From Eledone cirrhosa (Eukaryota): 64,000 nucleotides of DNA. Location of the stretch: the NCBI GenBank assembly GCA_964016885.1, contig OZ024747.1:45942001-46006000 (forward strand). The letters run 5' to 3'. A model generated the notes under the pieces. It made no database searches, was not told where the DNA came from, and saw only the letters and a list, made by a program, of their open reading frames with translations. Below are positions 15,476 to 27,582 of the stretch, in pieces. How positions within the stretch are numbered: the stretch's first letter is position 1; the number at the start of each line of letters is the position of its first letter. Position numbers and translations under genes: made by a program.

Positions 15476-15963
15476 TACCTCATTTAACTAGTCTCAAGAA
15501 CGCGTCTACACGACGCGAGAAAGAATCCCAGAAGGCGGAGGGGGAGATAGTCACGCGATATAACGGTCGAGAAACAGAGCTAAGCCTCTTATAACCCCGA
15601 AGAAAATACCACGGAGGCGGAGGGGGTACTTATATCGTGGCCGTAGAAGAGGTGGTGAAGGAGACGAGAAGTATGAGTAATGGAAGCTTTCCAGCTGTCC
15701 CCACACTTCAAAGATTGCTCGACCAGAGGGAGTTATTAACAATATATTTAGAAACACACAGATACATGCGGACACACACATATATACATGAAGTGAGTTA
15801 AGGGTGCCAACTTCACCGATGTTGCTCAATGAATGACTGGGACAGACCAATTCAGTTGAACCAGACTGAACCAGTATCAGAGTTAAAAATACATTATGAA
15901 GAGAGAAGAAACATTTAGATATAATTAGTAATAAAATGTATCATACCTAAACTGCTTCTAAAT

Positions 15964-16053
15964 TCCTCGACTACGTAGTTTCGTGGCATAAACAAAAACA
16001 ATATATCATAAAGATATAGAGTCCTTGCGAGGTCTGCCGACTTATCAAGAGGA
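15964..16053 (-). ncRNA. Type I hammerhead ribozyme, U3-A8 variant
   Basis: Same motif in the second tandem unit. Confidence 0.8.
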
Positions 16054-16582
16054 TACCTCATTTTACTAGTCTCAATAACGCGTCTACACGACGTGAGAAA
16101 GAATCCCAAAAGGCGGAGGGGGAGATAGTCACGCGATATAACGGTCGAGAAACAGAGCTACGCCTCTTATAACCCCGAAGAAAATACCACGGAGGCGGAG
16201 GGGGTAATTCATTGAGCAACATCGGTGAAGTTGGCACCCTTAACTCACAGTTGGGTGCGGATGCATTCATGTGTATATGTGTGTGTCCGCATGTATCTGT
16301 GTGTTTCTAAATATATTGTTAATAACTCCCTCTGGTCGAGCAATCTTTGAAGTGTGGGGACAGCTGGAAAGCTTCCATTACTCATACTTCTCGGCTCCTT
16401 CACCACCTCTTCTACGGCCTCGATATAAGTACCCCCTCCGCCTCCGTGGTATTTTCTTCGGGGTTAAAAGAGGCTTAGCTCTGTTTCTCGACCGTTATAT
16501 CGCGTGACTATCTCCCCCTCCGCCTTTTGGGATTCTTTCTCACGTCGTGTAGACGCGTTCTTGAGACTAGTAAAATGAGGTA

Positions 16583-16672
16583 TCCTCTTGATAAGTCGGC
16601 AGACCTCGCAAGGACTCTATATCTTTATGATATATTGTTTTTGTTTATGCCACGAAACTACGTAGTCGAGGA
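16583..16672 (+). ncRNA. Type I hammerhead ribozyme, U3-A8 variant
   Basis: Stem I TCCTC/GAGGA, palindromic ACTACGTAGT stem-loop III, GUC cleavage triplet at 16665-16667. Confidence 0.8.
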
Positions 16673-17056
16673 ATTTAGAAGCAGTTTAGGTATGATACAT
16701 TTTATTACTAATTATATCTAAATGTTTCTTCTCTCTTCATAATGTATTTTAACTCTGATACTGGTTCAGTCTGGTTCAACTGAATTGGTCTGTCCCAGTC
16801 ATTCATTGAGCAACATCGGTGAAGTTGGCACCCTTAACTCACAGTTGGGTGCGGATGCATTCATGTATATATGTGTGTGTCCGCATGTATCTGTGTGTTT
16901 CTAAATATATTGTTATATATATATATATATATATATTTTTATAAGTTGAAAAAAATGAAAACGAAATTTCATTTCTCACTCTTAGTATGGCACTTACTTA
17001 AATGTAAGTATGTATGTACACGTACATACATATATGTATACAGACGTACAGTAGCA

Positions 17057-17123
<67 letters not shown>

Positions 17124-17279
17124 GCATACAGGTACACATACATATATGCACGCATCAGTTTAGCGGACGCTTATTATAACGCCGCTTTGTTCGTTTGTAA
17201 ACAAACTGAACAGCCTGAATTTATGCCATACGGTGTTAAGGCAACCACGTCACCTTTTTGTTCAACACTGACACAGGAA

Positions 17280-17320
17280 CGATGTACTAGTTTCAAGCTT
17301 GTTAGCTATCATCAGCACCG
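17280..17320 (-). ncRNA. Minimal type I hammerhead ribozyme
   Basis: CGGTG-CTGATGA-TAGC taacaa GCTT-GAAAC-TA-GTA-CATCG. Confidence 0.8.
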
Positions 17321-17468
17321 TTTACCCATCTGCCAGTTTTCAACTTATCGTTTTCGGTATGCCTGACCGATTTAACTCACTCAATATGCAAATTAGGCTG
17401 CTCATCCGTTAATTTTCATAAGGAAAGTATATACTTTCGAATGTTCAACTATCTGGCAGATGGGTAAA

Positions 17469-17509
17469 CGGTGCTGATGATAGCTAACAAGCTTGAAACT
17501 AGTACATCG
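17469..17509 (+). ncRNA. Minimal type I hammerhead ribozyme
   Basis: CGGTG-CTGATGA-TAGC taacaa GCTT-GAAAC-TA-GTA-CATCG, with palindrome ACTAGT. Confidence 0.8.
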
Positions 17510-17666
17510 TTCCTGTGTCAGTGTTGAACAAAAAGGTGACGTGGTTGCCTTAACACCGTATGGCATAAATTCAGGCTGTTCAGTTTGTTTACAAACGAAC
17601 AAAGCGGCGTTATAATAAGCGTCCGCTAAACTGATGCGTGCATATATGTATGTGTACCTGTATGCG

Positions 17667-17742
<76 letters not shown>

Positions 17743-17780
17743 TGCTACTGTACGTCTGTATACATATATGTATGTACGTG

Positions 17781-17818
<38 letters not shown>

Positions 17819-17856
17819 ATTAAATAAATGGAAAACTATATTTATAAAACCATATT

Positions 17857-17922
17857 TATTTCATTATATATATTTCGGGGATATCATATTAACAATATGC
17901 TATGCCTTCATCAGACAAAATA
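17857..17922 (-). ncRNA. Type I hammerhead ribozyme at Penelope 3' end
   Basis: TATTTTGT-CTGATGA-AGG...CATATT gtt AATATG...CCC-GAAA-TATATA-TA-ATGAAATA. Confidence 0.7.
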
Positions 17923-19357
17923 CAATATAAACAGTTTTATAGATAAATATATTCGACATACCGTAATAAACATCAACTTCATTTGAAGAGGTTCACTCTA
18001 GCAGTGAAAATACAGAGAGAAAGAAAGAGAGAGAGAAAAGAGGGAAATAAGAAAGAAAGAAAGACAAAACGAAGAAAAGGAAGAAAAAGAAGAAAAAGAA
18101 GAAATGCATGGGACAAAATAGAGAGATGGAAAAATAGATAAAGCGAAGAGCTTCATGTAAAGAGACCGAAAGATATATATATATATAGAGAGAGAGAGAG
18201 GAAATAGAGATAGATACATATATAAATATAGATATAGAAAAATTAGGTAGTGGGAGGTCATTTTGAGTAAGTGTATCAATGATGCATTTATTTATTTATT
18301 TATTTATTTATTTGTTTATTTAGCTCAAGTATTAATGTAAGGGAGATATATAGAGATATATAGAGAGATATAGAGAGAGAAAAATTTAAAAATAGCCAGA
18401 CATATTCGAGGCGTAGAAAACCCTATGTTTTAATGTATTAGTATTTATAAAACTTACACTATATTGTAAATATCAGTATTCCTGAATGAAACAAGTATTC
18501 ACAATGCGTGAAAATTCATTATCTTATGTTTAGTTTTTAAAAAAAATTCATATGTCTATGTGAATCCAACTGATTCACTCCGCAAATTCAAAGTTACCGG
18601 AAATCATTCTCAATGTGGTATAAAAATTTGAGCGTATTATTATTCTTGCGATTACTCTACAAGATTATCTATCAAGCAGAAATAGAGAGCAGATTTCAAT
18701 ATACTAATCGAAAATATATATTATATTATAAGCAGAGATAACAATAATAATGATAATAAGTAAAAATATATAAAAATATAAAAATATAGAATAGAAAACT
18801 AAAAAAGAATATTACGAAAGAATATTACATAATAAAAATATTGCATATTAAAAATACTACGTATTAAAAATATTACGTATTAAAACTTTACATATAAAAA
18901 TATTAAAAATATTAAAAATAAAAATTTACATATAAAAAAAATTTACATATAAAAATATTAAAAATATTAAAAATAAAAATAAAATAAAATAAAAAATAAA
19001 AATATAAAAATATTATAGAATACTACAATACTAAAAGAATAAAAATAAAAATAAAAATAAAAATAAAAATAAAAATAAAAATAAAAATAAAAATAAAAAT
19101 GAAAATAAAAATAAACCACAAAGAACAACCCTTCAAGGTTAATTGACAATATATTGCCAAGTTCACTACAAGACAAAGCCAAAAATTATCTATCAAATCA
19201 CATCTAGCAAGGAATATCGCAAAAAAGATTATGATGTCCAATAATGTCTACATATGTTCCTATATTTAATATATAAGTTTATCAAGTGTAAGGTTAATTC
19301 AGAAAATTTGGAGCATCGGCTTTTAGGGTAGCTTAATTTTTCATGAGGAATGTTTAG

Positions 19358-19455
19358 ATAAAAATAAAAATAAAAATAAAAATAAAAATAAAAATAAAAA
19401 TAAAAATAAAAATAAAAATAAAAATAAAAATAAAAATAAATAAAATAAAATAAAC
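19358..19455. repeat. (TAAAAA)n tracts inside Penelope 3' UTR (also 19037-19112)
   Basis: Hexamer/pentamer tandem repeats. Confidence 0.9.
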
Positions 19456-19569
19456 AATAAAAAGAGTAAAAAGAGGGAATCAAAGATTTAGGAATCAAAA
19501 GATTTATCGGCTAGTTCTCATATAAATATAAATCAAACTAAATATACTACATTTTAAATTTAAATTTAT

Positions 19570-20522
19570 ATTTAAACGTTGAGTTTAATCTATGTTTGCA
19601 ACAACTGAATAAATTTGTCCGTAGGTTAAGGGAATTTTTAGATTTTAGTATAAAGAATATCTCCTCTGCGCAGAGGTCACATGTCTCAGAGGATGAATTA
19701 AAAGGAATCCCTCTTGAGACTATATTCCAAGCCGTCGAATATCTAACGTTATCTAGCTTAAGTTGCCAGAGTACACCTGATAGTGCCGTTGAAGATTTTT
19801 TATTTGGATCTGTGAAAGAATTCTTGTGGTTATTATAGCGAAGTTTAAATTCCGTCGATGTGGAACCGACGTAGTTAAAAGAATTAGAGTCAGTATTTTA
19901 CATTACAATTGTATACTATATTTTTAAGTAAGCAGTTGTTATTTAACGGACATTTAGATCTATCTCTACAGTTACATTTGTTAACTTGTATATTATTTAT
20001 GCTATTATCAGTAGGTTTTAAGTTCCTATTATTTATTCTATTAATATTTTGTGCTAAATTTTTGGTGGATGAGTAGGTTAATTTAATTGTATGCCTATTG
20101 AAGATTGAGTGGTACCTATGTGTTCTAGGGAAGCGATTATCAAGAGCTTTGAAAAATAATTTAGCGATGTGGGTTTTAATGTTTAGTGAGAAAGGGGGGG
20201 CAAACCAAATTATGTTCCTAGTTCTATTTCTTTTTTGTCCTTTGGAATTATTGTAATGCTTTCTATTATAGTTGTTAATGTTGTTGCCATAATTAAAAAA
20301 GTTGTTACTTTGTTTAGTTTGTTTATCATTATCTATGTACACAATCTTATCAGCATACCCTGCCCTAGCTAGTGCATCATTATAGTATTGGGCCTTTTCG
20401 TCAAAAATCTTTCTATTCGACGAGATCCTAGAGATACGTTTTTGGACTGAGTTTACTATAGTGTTTTTGACAGATCTGGGGTGGTTAGAGTTAAAGTTGA
20501 CATAGTTTAAGTTTTCATTCAA
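19570..20522 (-). pseudogene. Penelope RT C-terminal/linker plus GIY-YIG endonuclease remnant
   Basis: YVNFNSNHPRSVK...RNIIWFAPPFS...IFNRHTIKLTYS...CNCRDRSKCPLNNNCLLKNIVY, stop, then YVGSTSTEFKLRYNNHK...CDLCAEEIFFIL...LNLRTNLFSCCKH. Confidence 0.9.
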
Positions 20523-20619
20523 TATTGTAAATATACTCCAAGTATTTGTCGAGTGCTTTTATATCAGTTATAAATATTTACTAGTTGTAACCCAACAATT
20601 TTAAATATAACTTTACATG

Positions 20620-20718
<99 letters not shown>

Positions 20719-20744
20719 ATATGTATATATATATTTATATAGGG

Positions 20745-22403
20745 TTGGCAGTATGGATAAGCTCACACTGCTTGAAAATGCTCCTCACAGCATGTGCCTC
20801 AAATAGCCTTTGGCAACCATGTTAAACTTCTGGCCTCCCCATGTGGCTTAACATGTATACTCAGTGGGACCGTCCCTACTTACAGGAGAAGAAGCGTAGA
20901 TGGGTTCTGGAGCCTTCAAACCAGTGCTGCGGGTAGATGGAACTTGTCATCCTAGGAGGGCAGTCCATCTAAGAGGAGGCAAACTCTGAAATGAAACCTC
21001 AGCTGCCTTGCGGCTATACGCACTTATAGGAATGGCTTCGGGAGTAGACACGAAGGATAAATCCAGAGCTGCATTCACTAAGGCAGTTCGATGTTATCTC
21101 GAACCTCATTCTGGCATCTCCTGGGGTGCAGAGAGAGGTGATTGGCAAGTGCCAATCTCCTATAAAACTCTACCCAGGCTTGCACCCTGGAAGGTCACCC
21201 CAGTGTCGCCTCACCGCGGTGGCAAAACACATGATTGGTGTATGAGCAAGTTGTCAGGAGCTCCTTTCCACGGTGTGAGAGACCGTTGTACTTCACTGGA
21301 CAGCTAGTACCTGCCTCAAGCTGGGTAGCCCCAGGCCAGGTAGCCCCAGGCCAAGTAAGTGCTTTGCCGTTACAGCCCACCTACTCTACTGGGTGAGTGG
21401 GGCTTAGGGATATTAATATATTGAGTCTTGGGCTTTAATGCATTGTATTACTTTACGCGCCAGAAGATGATCTCCAACTTGATAGGTTTGCGGCCGAGTG
21501 CTACTTGGCTGGGATGAAAGTCAGAGCTGCGTAGACTTAGTCACACGCCATCTTAACGAACTCTACACCGTGCACTCTACATGTAGATGGAGTTTCACAG
21601 AAATAGGTAGAGGTATACAACTATTTCGGAGCCGTATACACGAATGATTCAATTCAATTCAATATATTTGGCAGAAAATAAAACATAGATGCTTCAGATG
21701 CCGTGTAAGGAGGGGAGAGGGGCAACATTTAGACAGTCGGAAACACAGTGGTCCAACACCGGTCCAATTTCGCCTTGAATTGTTGCGTGGTTGGCGCGTT
21801 GACTACTTCTTCTGGAAGCCGATTCCAGGGTCCAGAGATGCGGATCGAGAAAGCAGCTTTCCGGAAGGTAGGAGGCTCAATTAAGTGCAAGAACTGCAAG
21901 AGCTGATGCACCAGCTTCAGCCTTCGGTCATCACAAGAAGGGAGGTAGGGGTAAAATCGTAACTGGTTATATTCAATTCGGTATTCGTGCCAACCCTTCC
22001 CGCTACAAGCAGCCGAATTGGAGTTCCGCCAAATGGTCTTTGGATTAACGTTACTAGAAAGAGTGCGTAGCTTGAAAATCAGGGATTCACTTCAGGTAGA
22101 ACCGCTACTTCTCCGAACTGAGAAATCACAACTTAGATATTTCGAAAATGTAGTTAGAATGTCTCAGGTAAGAATCGCCAGACAGTTGTTAAGGGTAAAA
22201 CAACCGGCAGGAGCCCCAAGCGTAGACATCGAGCAAGACGGTTGAATAACATCCATGAGCACCGTTCGACTCCTTTGGGGATGCAGCCGGATCAATTGGA
22301 GATGTTTTCTTTTGACTGGACCTACTCGAAGGCATCATTGAGTCCGATGTCCTCATAATCATTCCAGGAATAAGTGGGAAAAGAAGGAGAAGAAGAAGAA
22401 GAA
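20745..22403 (+). mobile_element. Internally deleted RTE-clade LINE (5' region plus 3' RT remnant), interrupted by CR1
   Basis: GMKV...LHVDG...VEVYNYFGAVYTN (21511-21645) and LQAAELEFRQMVFGLTLLERVRSLKIRDSLQVEPLLLRTEKSQLRYFENVVRM, followed by a (GAA)n tail. The 5' boundary is uncertain. Confidence 0.7.
21656..21970 (-). mobile_element. CR1/L2-type LINE 3' fragment
   Basis: FRKAAFSIRISGPWNRLPEEVVNAPTTQQFKAKLD C-terminus, (ATTGA)n tail, ATTCAATTC on both sides. Confidence 0.8.
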
Positions 22404-23051
22404 CAACAACAACAACACCAACAACAACACCAACACCACCACCACCAACAACAACAACAACAACAACTAAGGAAAAACATGATGTTAAAATAAAGTTTAT
22501 TTAATGATAAATTATTGGCAAAATTGAAATAAATTTTCAACGAGACATTAATTATTTGTTGTAAATAATTGTAAATTTTAGGAAAAAAAAAAGAAACCAG
22601 TTACTAATCTAATATCATTAGAAAAGCTAACATTTTTTCAATTAAGACTTGATACTTAGCGAAAGTAATCTTAAACTACAGATGAATGTGTTACAAATTC
22701 TGTTGAGAAATATATGGATGGGCAGCACATGAAAAACAAAACAAATTGGCTTCATATATGAAATTAATAAAGTACTTCAAAAGATTTGGCTTTTGTTTAT
22801 ATTTAGATTTGTGTATTCAATAATATTAGAAATATAAACAGGTACACACATATGCATACACACATACATATATATATGAGGTAGGGTTCGAAATTACCCA
22901 AGTCCATCTCAACGGCAGATGACCATGGAGTTCTGTGTCCTTCGTTTGTATTTTTTTTTAATTATCTTTTAAGGTTTCCCCTTAAAAACTTTTCGTTTTT
23001 CGTCGTTTTACTTCCGTTCGTTGTCTAGTTCTTTCTTTGTTAATTTTCTGA

Positions 23052-23094
<43 letters not shown>

Positions 23095-23387
23095 TCGAGT
23101 TGCTCACACACATGTGCTTCGAGTTTTCCTATTCGGTATGTTGTTTCCCGTTTTTTTCGGTGTTTTTTTTCTTCCCTTTTCAACTTCTGTTATATATATT
23201 TTTCTCCCCTCACCCTCAATAACTTCCTTTAGTTATTGACGCACTGGGGTTAGATATCTCGTCTTTAATGCGTAGAAATATCCATGATCCCCAGCAGACA
23301 ACTCAGGAAGGAAAGTTTTCTCCCGCTCGTGCTTTCCTCTTATTTATAAGTACACCTTACCCAGCAACTACACAGCTCCTGTTTCTT

Positions 23388-23426
<39 letters not shown>

Positions 23427-23428
<2 letters not shown>

Positions 23429-23631
23429 CGAAGGAGGTGTGGTAAGGAACCAGATGGACCATAACGCACCAGAGTACTCAATACTTAGGGTAGTAGAGTG
23501 GGTAATAGGAAAATGATTGACCCCGACAGTAGAGCTCAAGCCGTTTCGACGGCTATTTCTGGACCCCAGACTTCCAGAAATAACCGTCGAAACGGCTTGA
23601 GCTCTTCTGTCGCGGTCAAACATTTTCCTAT
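23427..23631. mobile_element. (TA)n-embedded element with ~58-bp inverted repeat
   Basis: Same family as 9965 and 46495. Arms 23505-23562 and 23572-23631. Confidence 0.7.
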
Positions 23632-24394
23632 ATATATATATATATATATATATATCCCAAAACAAATGGCATATATATAAACATATCAAGCATTAACAGG
23701 AAGTTATTCGCAATTTGCAAAGAATGTAAGAACATACAATTACAAAAATCAGTATATTTAAATCTAACAACAATATTCAATAATTATCAATACTATCTCA
23801 TACATATTCCAGTACGGCTTCAGAAATATGTTTCACCATTAAATGGTGAAGTTCAATTGTCAATCGTATATGGAGTTACTAAAAATCCACTGCGTCTTAG
23901 CATTATCTCTGTGGCGTGAATAGATAAGTTGATAGCTAGAAATAACAGCCAAAACCCTTTCAACACTACAAGGCTCAACTAAAATAATATTTAGCAGCAT
24001 ATCTATATTACTAAAAAGAATAAAGATATCGTGTCTGAGAAAATTTCAAGCACAGTTCGAGTGTATATGTGCGTACGCGCGTGTGTGTTTTCCTGTATCA
24101 GTCTATATATTTATATTTAACATTCTAAACGCATATATAGAGTCGGGTCCATTTACATCAAAATTGTGAAGTAGTGATTCGGTATATAGACATTCATGAA
24201 ATAATTACCATTGTGAAATATGTCTTTGGATTGATATGAGACCGAAATATATCTGAACACCATCATAGCCACAATCTAGTGACTGAGACAGAGTAAAGGA
24301 ATAATATACATTTTTGCCGCATTGGACAGTGAAAATGTTCTGGGTTTATTCTTCAAAAGGATAGTTTATTATACCTGATTCAATATTTCGCAAT

Positions 24395-25985
24395 AACCTA
24401 TAATCATTCTTTCAGAAGATCTGATAAAAAAATCTTCTACTTCTCTTTCACATCTTATATGGAACTTAAAAAGCAAGAATATAGACTATTCAATATCTTG
24501 GAAAACGATTTCAAGGCACATGCGTACCAAAATATCGCTTTATCAAAATTCTGTAAATTGTGTATCGAAGAAATTTTTTATAGAATTAACTGTCAAAACT
24601 CTATTAATCTCAGGACAGAATTATTTTCTTCTTGCAGACATCGCCAAAATTCTACATTCAGAACTATGTGTAATTTATAATATTCCTATAAATCTTCAAA
24701 ATTATCCTATCTTCTTTAACAATTTAAATTTTTAATATTTTTAATATTTTTAATATTTTTTAATATTTTTAATATTTTTAATATTTTAATATATTAATAT
24801 TTCTAAATGGTAATATCTTTAATATTTGTAGTACTTTCACCTTTCAGCAAACATTTGTTTTAATATTTATATATATATATTTATTTATATATATATATAT
24901 GTGTATAGATATTTATATATCTTTAATTCTTACATTATATTTTTCCAATGACACCATCTAAAGCTATTTTTAAACGTAGATTAATAACCATTAACTGACA
25001 TTAGAAAAATGTATCCTATTTTAAACATTCACACTTCTTTCGACTAAATAATTAATCAATCTCACACTAACTCTTAAAAAAATTATAGATTAACAAACAA
25101 AATTGAAGTTATCTTTACTTTCTCAATCATATACACTTATTACATTATGATATAAGTAACTCCGTTAAATTAAAACATTCTCGAAGCCGAACAAGATATT
25201 CAAATATATAAATTCATATGTTAACTACCTATTTATTTACATAAAATACAAAATCAACGTCCCTCGTAACTCATATTATAAACAACCACCTGAAACTTGA
25301 ACTACCTATTTATTTATTTATCTACATAAAACACAAAATCAACTCCCTCGTAACTCATATTATAAACAACTAATAATTGCAAATTATCTCTTTACAAAAA
25401 ATAAATATGCTATTATTAAATATATATATATTTATATATTTAACCCACTACAATATTGTAATAAGATAAATACTTATAAACATAATTCTCCATATAAATA
25501 TATACATAATATAGGTAAATATTCAAATTTTTCCCCCAAAATTAACGTATATAAGTGGTCTTCTTTTTCTTTTTTCCTTTTATTTTTTATTTTTCTTTTT
25601 CTTTCTTTATCTCCTACTAATATATCTAAACTTTCCATAGCGTTTAAAATAACGGTTTTTCAATCATATAACTCAACCTCATTTACATATTCATTTGCAT
25701 ACTCATCCTAACATTTTTGAAAAATCCGTTCTTTAAATTCAACTGATAAGGTATGTTTCCTTGGGTATGTCAACGTTTATAAAACACACTTTGTATTTTA
25801 TCTGATGAAAGCGAACCAAAGTGTTTTGGTACCCTTGAAATATATATAATAGAATAAATATGGTTTTATAAATATATTTTCCATTTATTTAATATCATTG
25901 AATATTTACTCCAGAAATGTATCGAGTGCTCTGAATCAGTTATAAACATTTATATTTATTGAATTTCCAACAAATTAAATATCCC
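24395..25985 (+). mobile_element. Penelope-like 3' fragment (endonuclease C-terminus, 3' UTR, HHR)
   Basis: HSFRRSDKKSSTSLSHLIWNLKSKNIDYSISWK / KAHAY...CKLCIEEIFYRIN...INLRTELFSSCRH. Same family as 17.8-20.6 kb. Confidence 0.85.
25794..25856 (+). ncRNA. Type I hammerhead ribozyme at Penelope 3' end
   Basis: TATTTTAT-CTGATGA-AAG...CCAAA gtgt TTTGG...CTT-GAAA-TATATA-TA-ATAGAATA, with an 8-bp stem I. Confidence 0.75.
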
Positions 25986-26870
25986 TTCTACTTATATATA
26001 TATATATATAATTCATATATATATATATTATTTATATTATTATATTATATATGTGTGTGTGGGGGTACATATACTATAAGCACAAATACAGACACAGATA
26101 TATGTGTTACTGTTACTGTTAAACTGAAAATGATTATGTTGATGATAAATGAATATTGATATTTACAAATTGCCTTTCTATAGACATTCCCATAGACATG
26201 ATAATCTGCAAACATTGAGAGAGGAAGCAATTATGGTGTCTACAGAAGGCTTAAAAACAATGTTAAAGAAATATGCTAGTTTAATATTGAGTCACAAAAA
26301 AGGTCAAAGAACACAGTTACATTTAATTCAAAATTAATAACATTGTCTGGCAACGCTAATGGAATCTACGCGGACAAATAAGATTTTGATAGAACCATAA
26401 TGGAAACATAACATAGTTTGCTAATCATGAAATTTTTAGTAACAAACTTGCATAACTTCATTTTCAAAATCACTTGGAAGAGATGCTTTTTATGTCCCCA
26501 TAATTATTAATCCTTTCTACTCATTCAATCTTCAGTTTTTGTCATATTTCTACTCATATGCTGTTTCTCTTTTGTCTATTTATTTTCTAACTATATTCTT
26601 CTTGCAATCAATATATTTTTGAAAATTGTTTTTGTTCCACTTTTTTGCAACTAGTTTATATATATTGCCCTCAATTCCGAAACATTTCCTTGACAAGTGG
26701 CAATGCATAAGCAATGATATTTGTAGGAACTCGCACACGGATGATATAAATAAGTTTACTATTCAACATGAATATTTTAAGTCTTTGTTTTGAGCAATGT
26801 AGAACATATGCTGTAGAGTGTATGTATACACACATGCCAACATATATGCCTATATACATAAATACGTACA

Positions 26871-27060
26871 TAATTGTTTCTACTTTAGGCACAAGGCCAG
26901 CAATTACCCAGTGCATTACTGGTACTTTATTTTATCTACCCCGTAAGGATGAAAGGCAAAGTCAACCTCGGCGGGATTTGAACTCAGATCGTAAAGGGAC
27001 GTAACTATGCTTGAAAGCATGGCGTCCGACCCTCTACCGATACTGCCAATCCACCGCCCT
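26871..27060 (-). mobile_element. tRNA-derived SINE with 16-bp target-site duplication
   Basis: Full-length copy. TAAATACGTACATAAT at 26859-26874 and 27062-27077. Confidence 0.9.
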
Positions 27061-27504
27061 TTAAATACGTACATAATGGCCGCATCTCAGTTTTGAGAAT
27101 TGCCACGCCTTGACCTTTTTTTCTTATATATGGTTGGCACGGAAATGAATTTTTGTAGCCTACCAAGAACTTAGATCCCTTTCTGAATATGCTGCAACGA
27201 GAGAAAAACTAAAAAGCCATGCTCAATCAACACACGTGAAAGTCGTTTAAATCAAGTGATACCTGTAATTGAAGCGTTTTAATTGAGAAAGACCTTGCAC
27301 TGGACCAATCACACTTTCTGAACAACGATGACAGTTATCAAAAAATAATAGAACTATATCATTGGCTGCCGTCGAGTCGCGGGTTTTAAATCAGAGGTTT
27401 TCTTCTAGAATGATGTCCTAACAAGAGCTAACCACACGCTCGGACACTGAGTATTTCATTTCACCGCGCATACGTACATACATATGTACTTACATAAATA
27501 TATG

Positions 27505-27582
27505 CAGGGTGTCCCAAAAGTTACTAGACGATTTTACATATAATATAATTTAAAATAGTCTAGTGACATTTGGGACACACTA
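27505..27582. mobile_element. Tiny Tc1/mariner-type MITE-like hairpin
   Basis: CAGGGTGTCCCAAAAGTTACTAGAC...GTCTAGTGACATTTGGGACAC imperfect terminal inverted repeats. Confidence 0.55.

Larger units (their letters stand above)
15311..16913. mobile_element. ORF-less ~595-bp HHR monomer: 1.5 tandem copies (-) then 1.2 inverted copies (+)
   Basis: 15311 recurs at 15889. Inversion at ~16206. 16207 recurs at 16801. Copies are near-identical, with (TA)n on both sides. Confidence 0.85.
16948..17782. mobile_element. ORF-less HHR element in inverted arrangement (same family as 29657-30877)
   Basis: ~17022-17335 is inverted at ~17453-17781. Homologous to the 420-bp monomer at 29.7-30.9 kb. Confidence 0.8.
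17816..20610 (-). mobile_element. 5'-truncated Penelope-like retroelement with long AT-rich 3' UTR and inverted tail at the 5' junction
   Basis: Coding remnant 19570-20522, HHR at 17857-17922. 20521-20610 matches the tail of the 24.4-26.0 kb copy but is inverted relative to this element. Confidence 0.85.

Noticed and set aside
15551-16721. Duplicated short ORFs in the 595-bp monomer
   Set aside because: Mostly non-ATG starts and no domain similarity. They recur only because the DNA is duplicated.
26183-26337. Possible terminal exon after TTTCTATAG
   Set aside because: No recognisable homology or partner exons.
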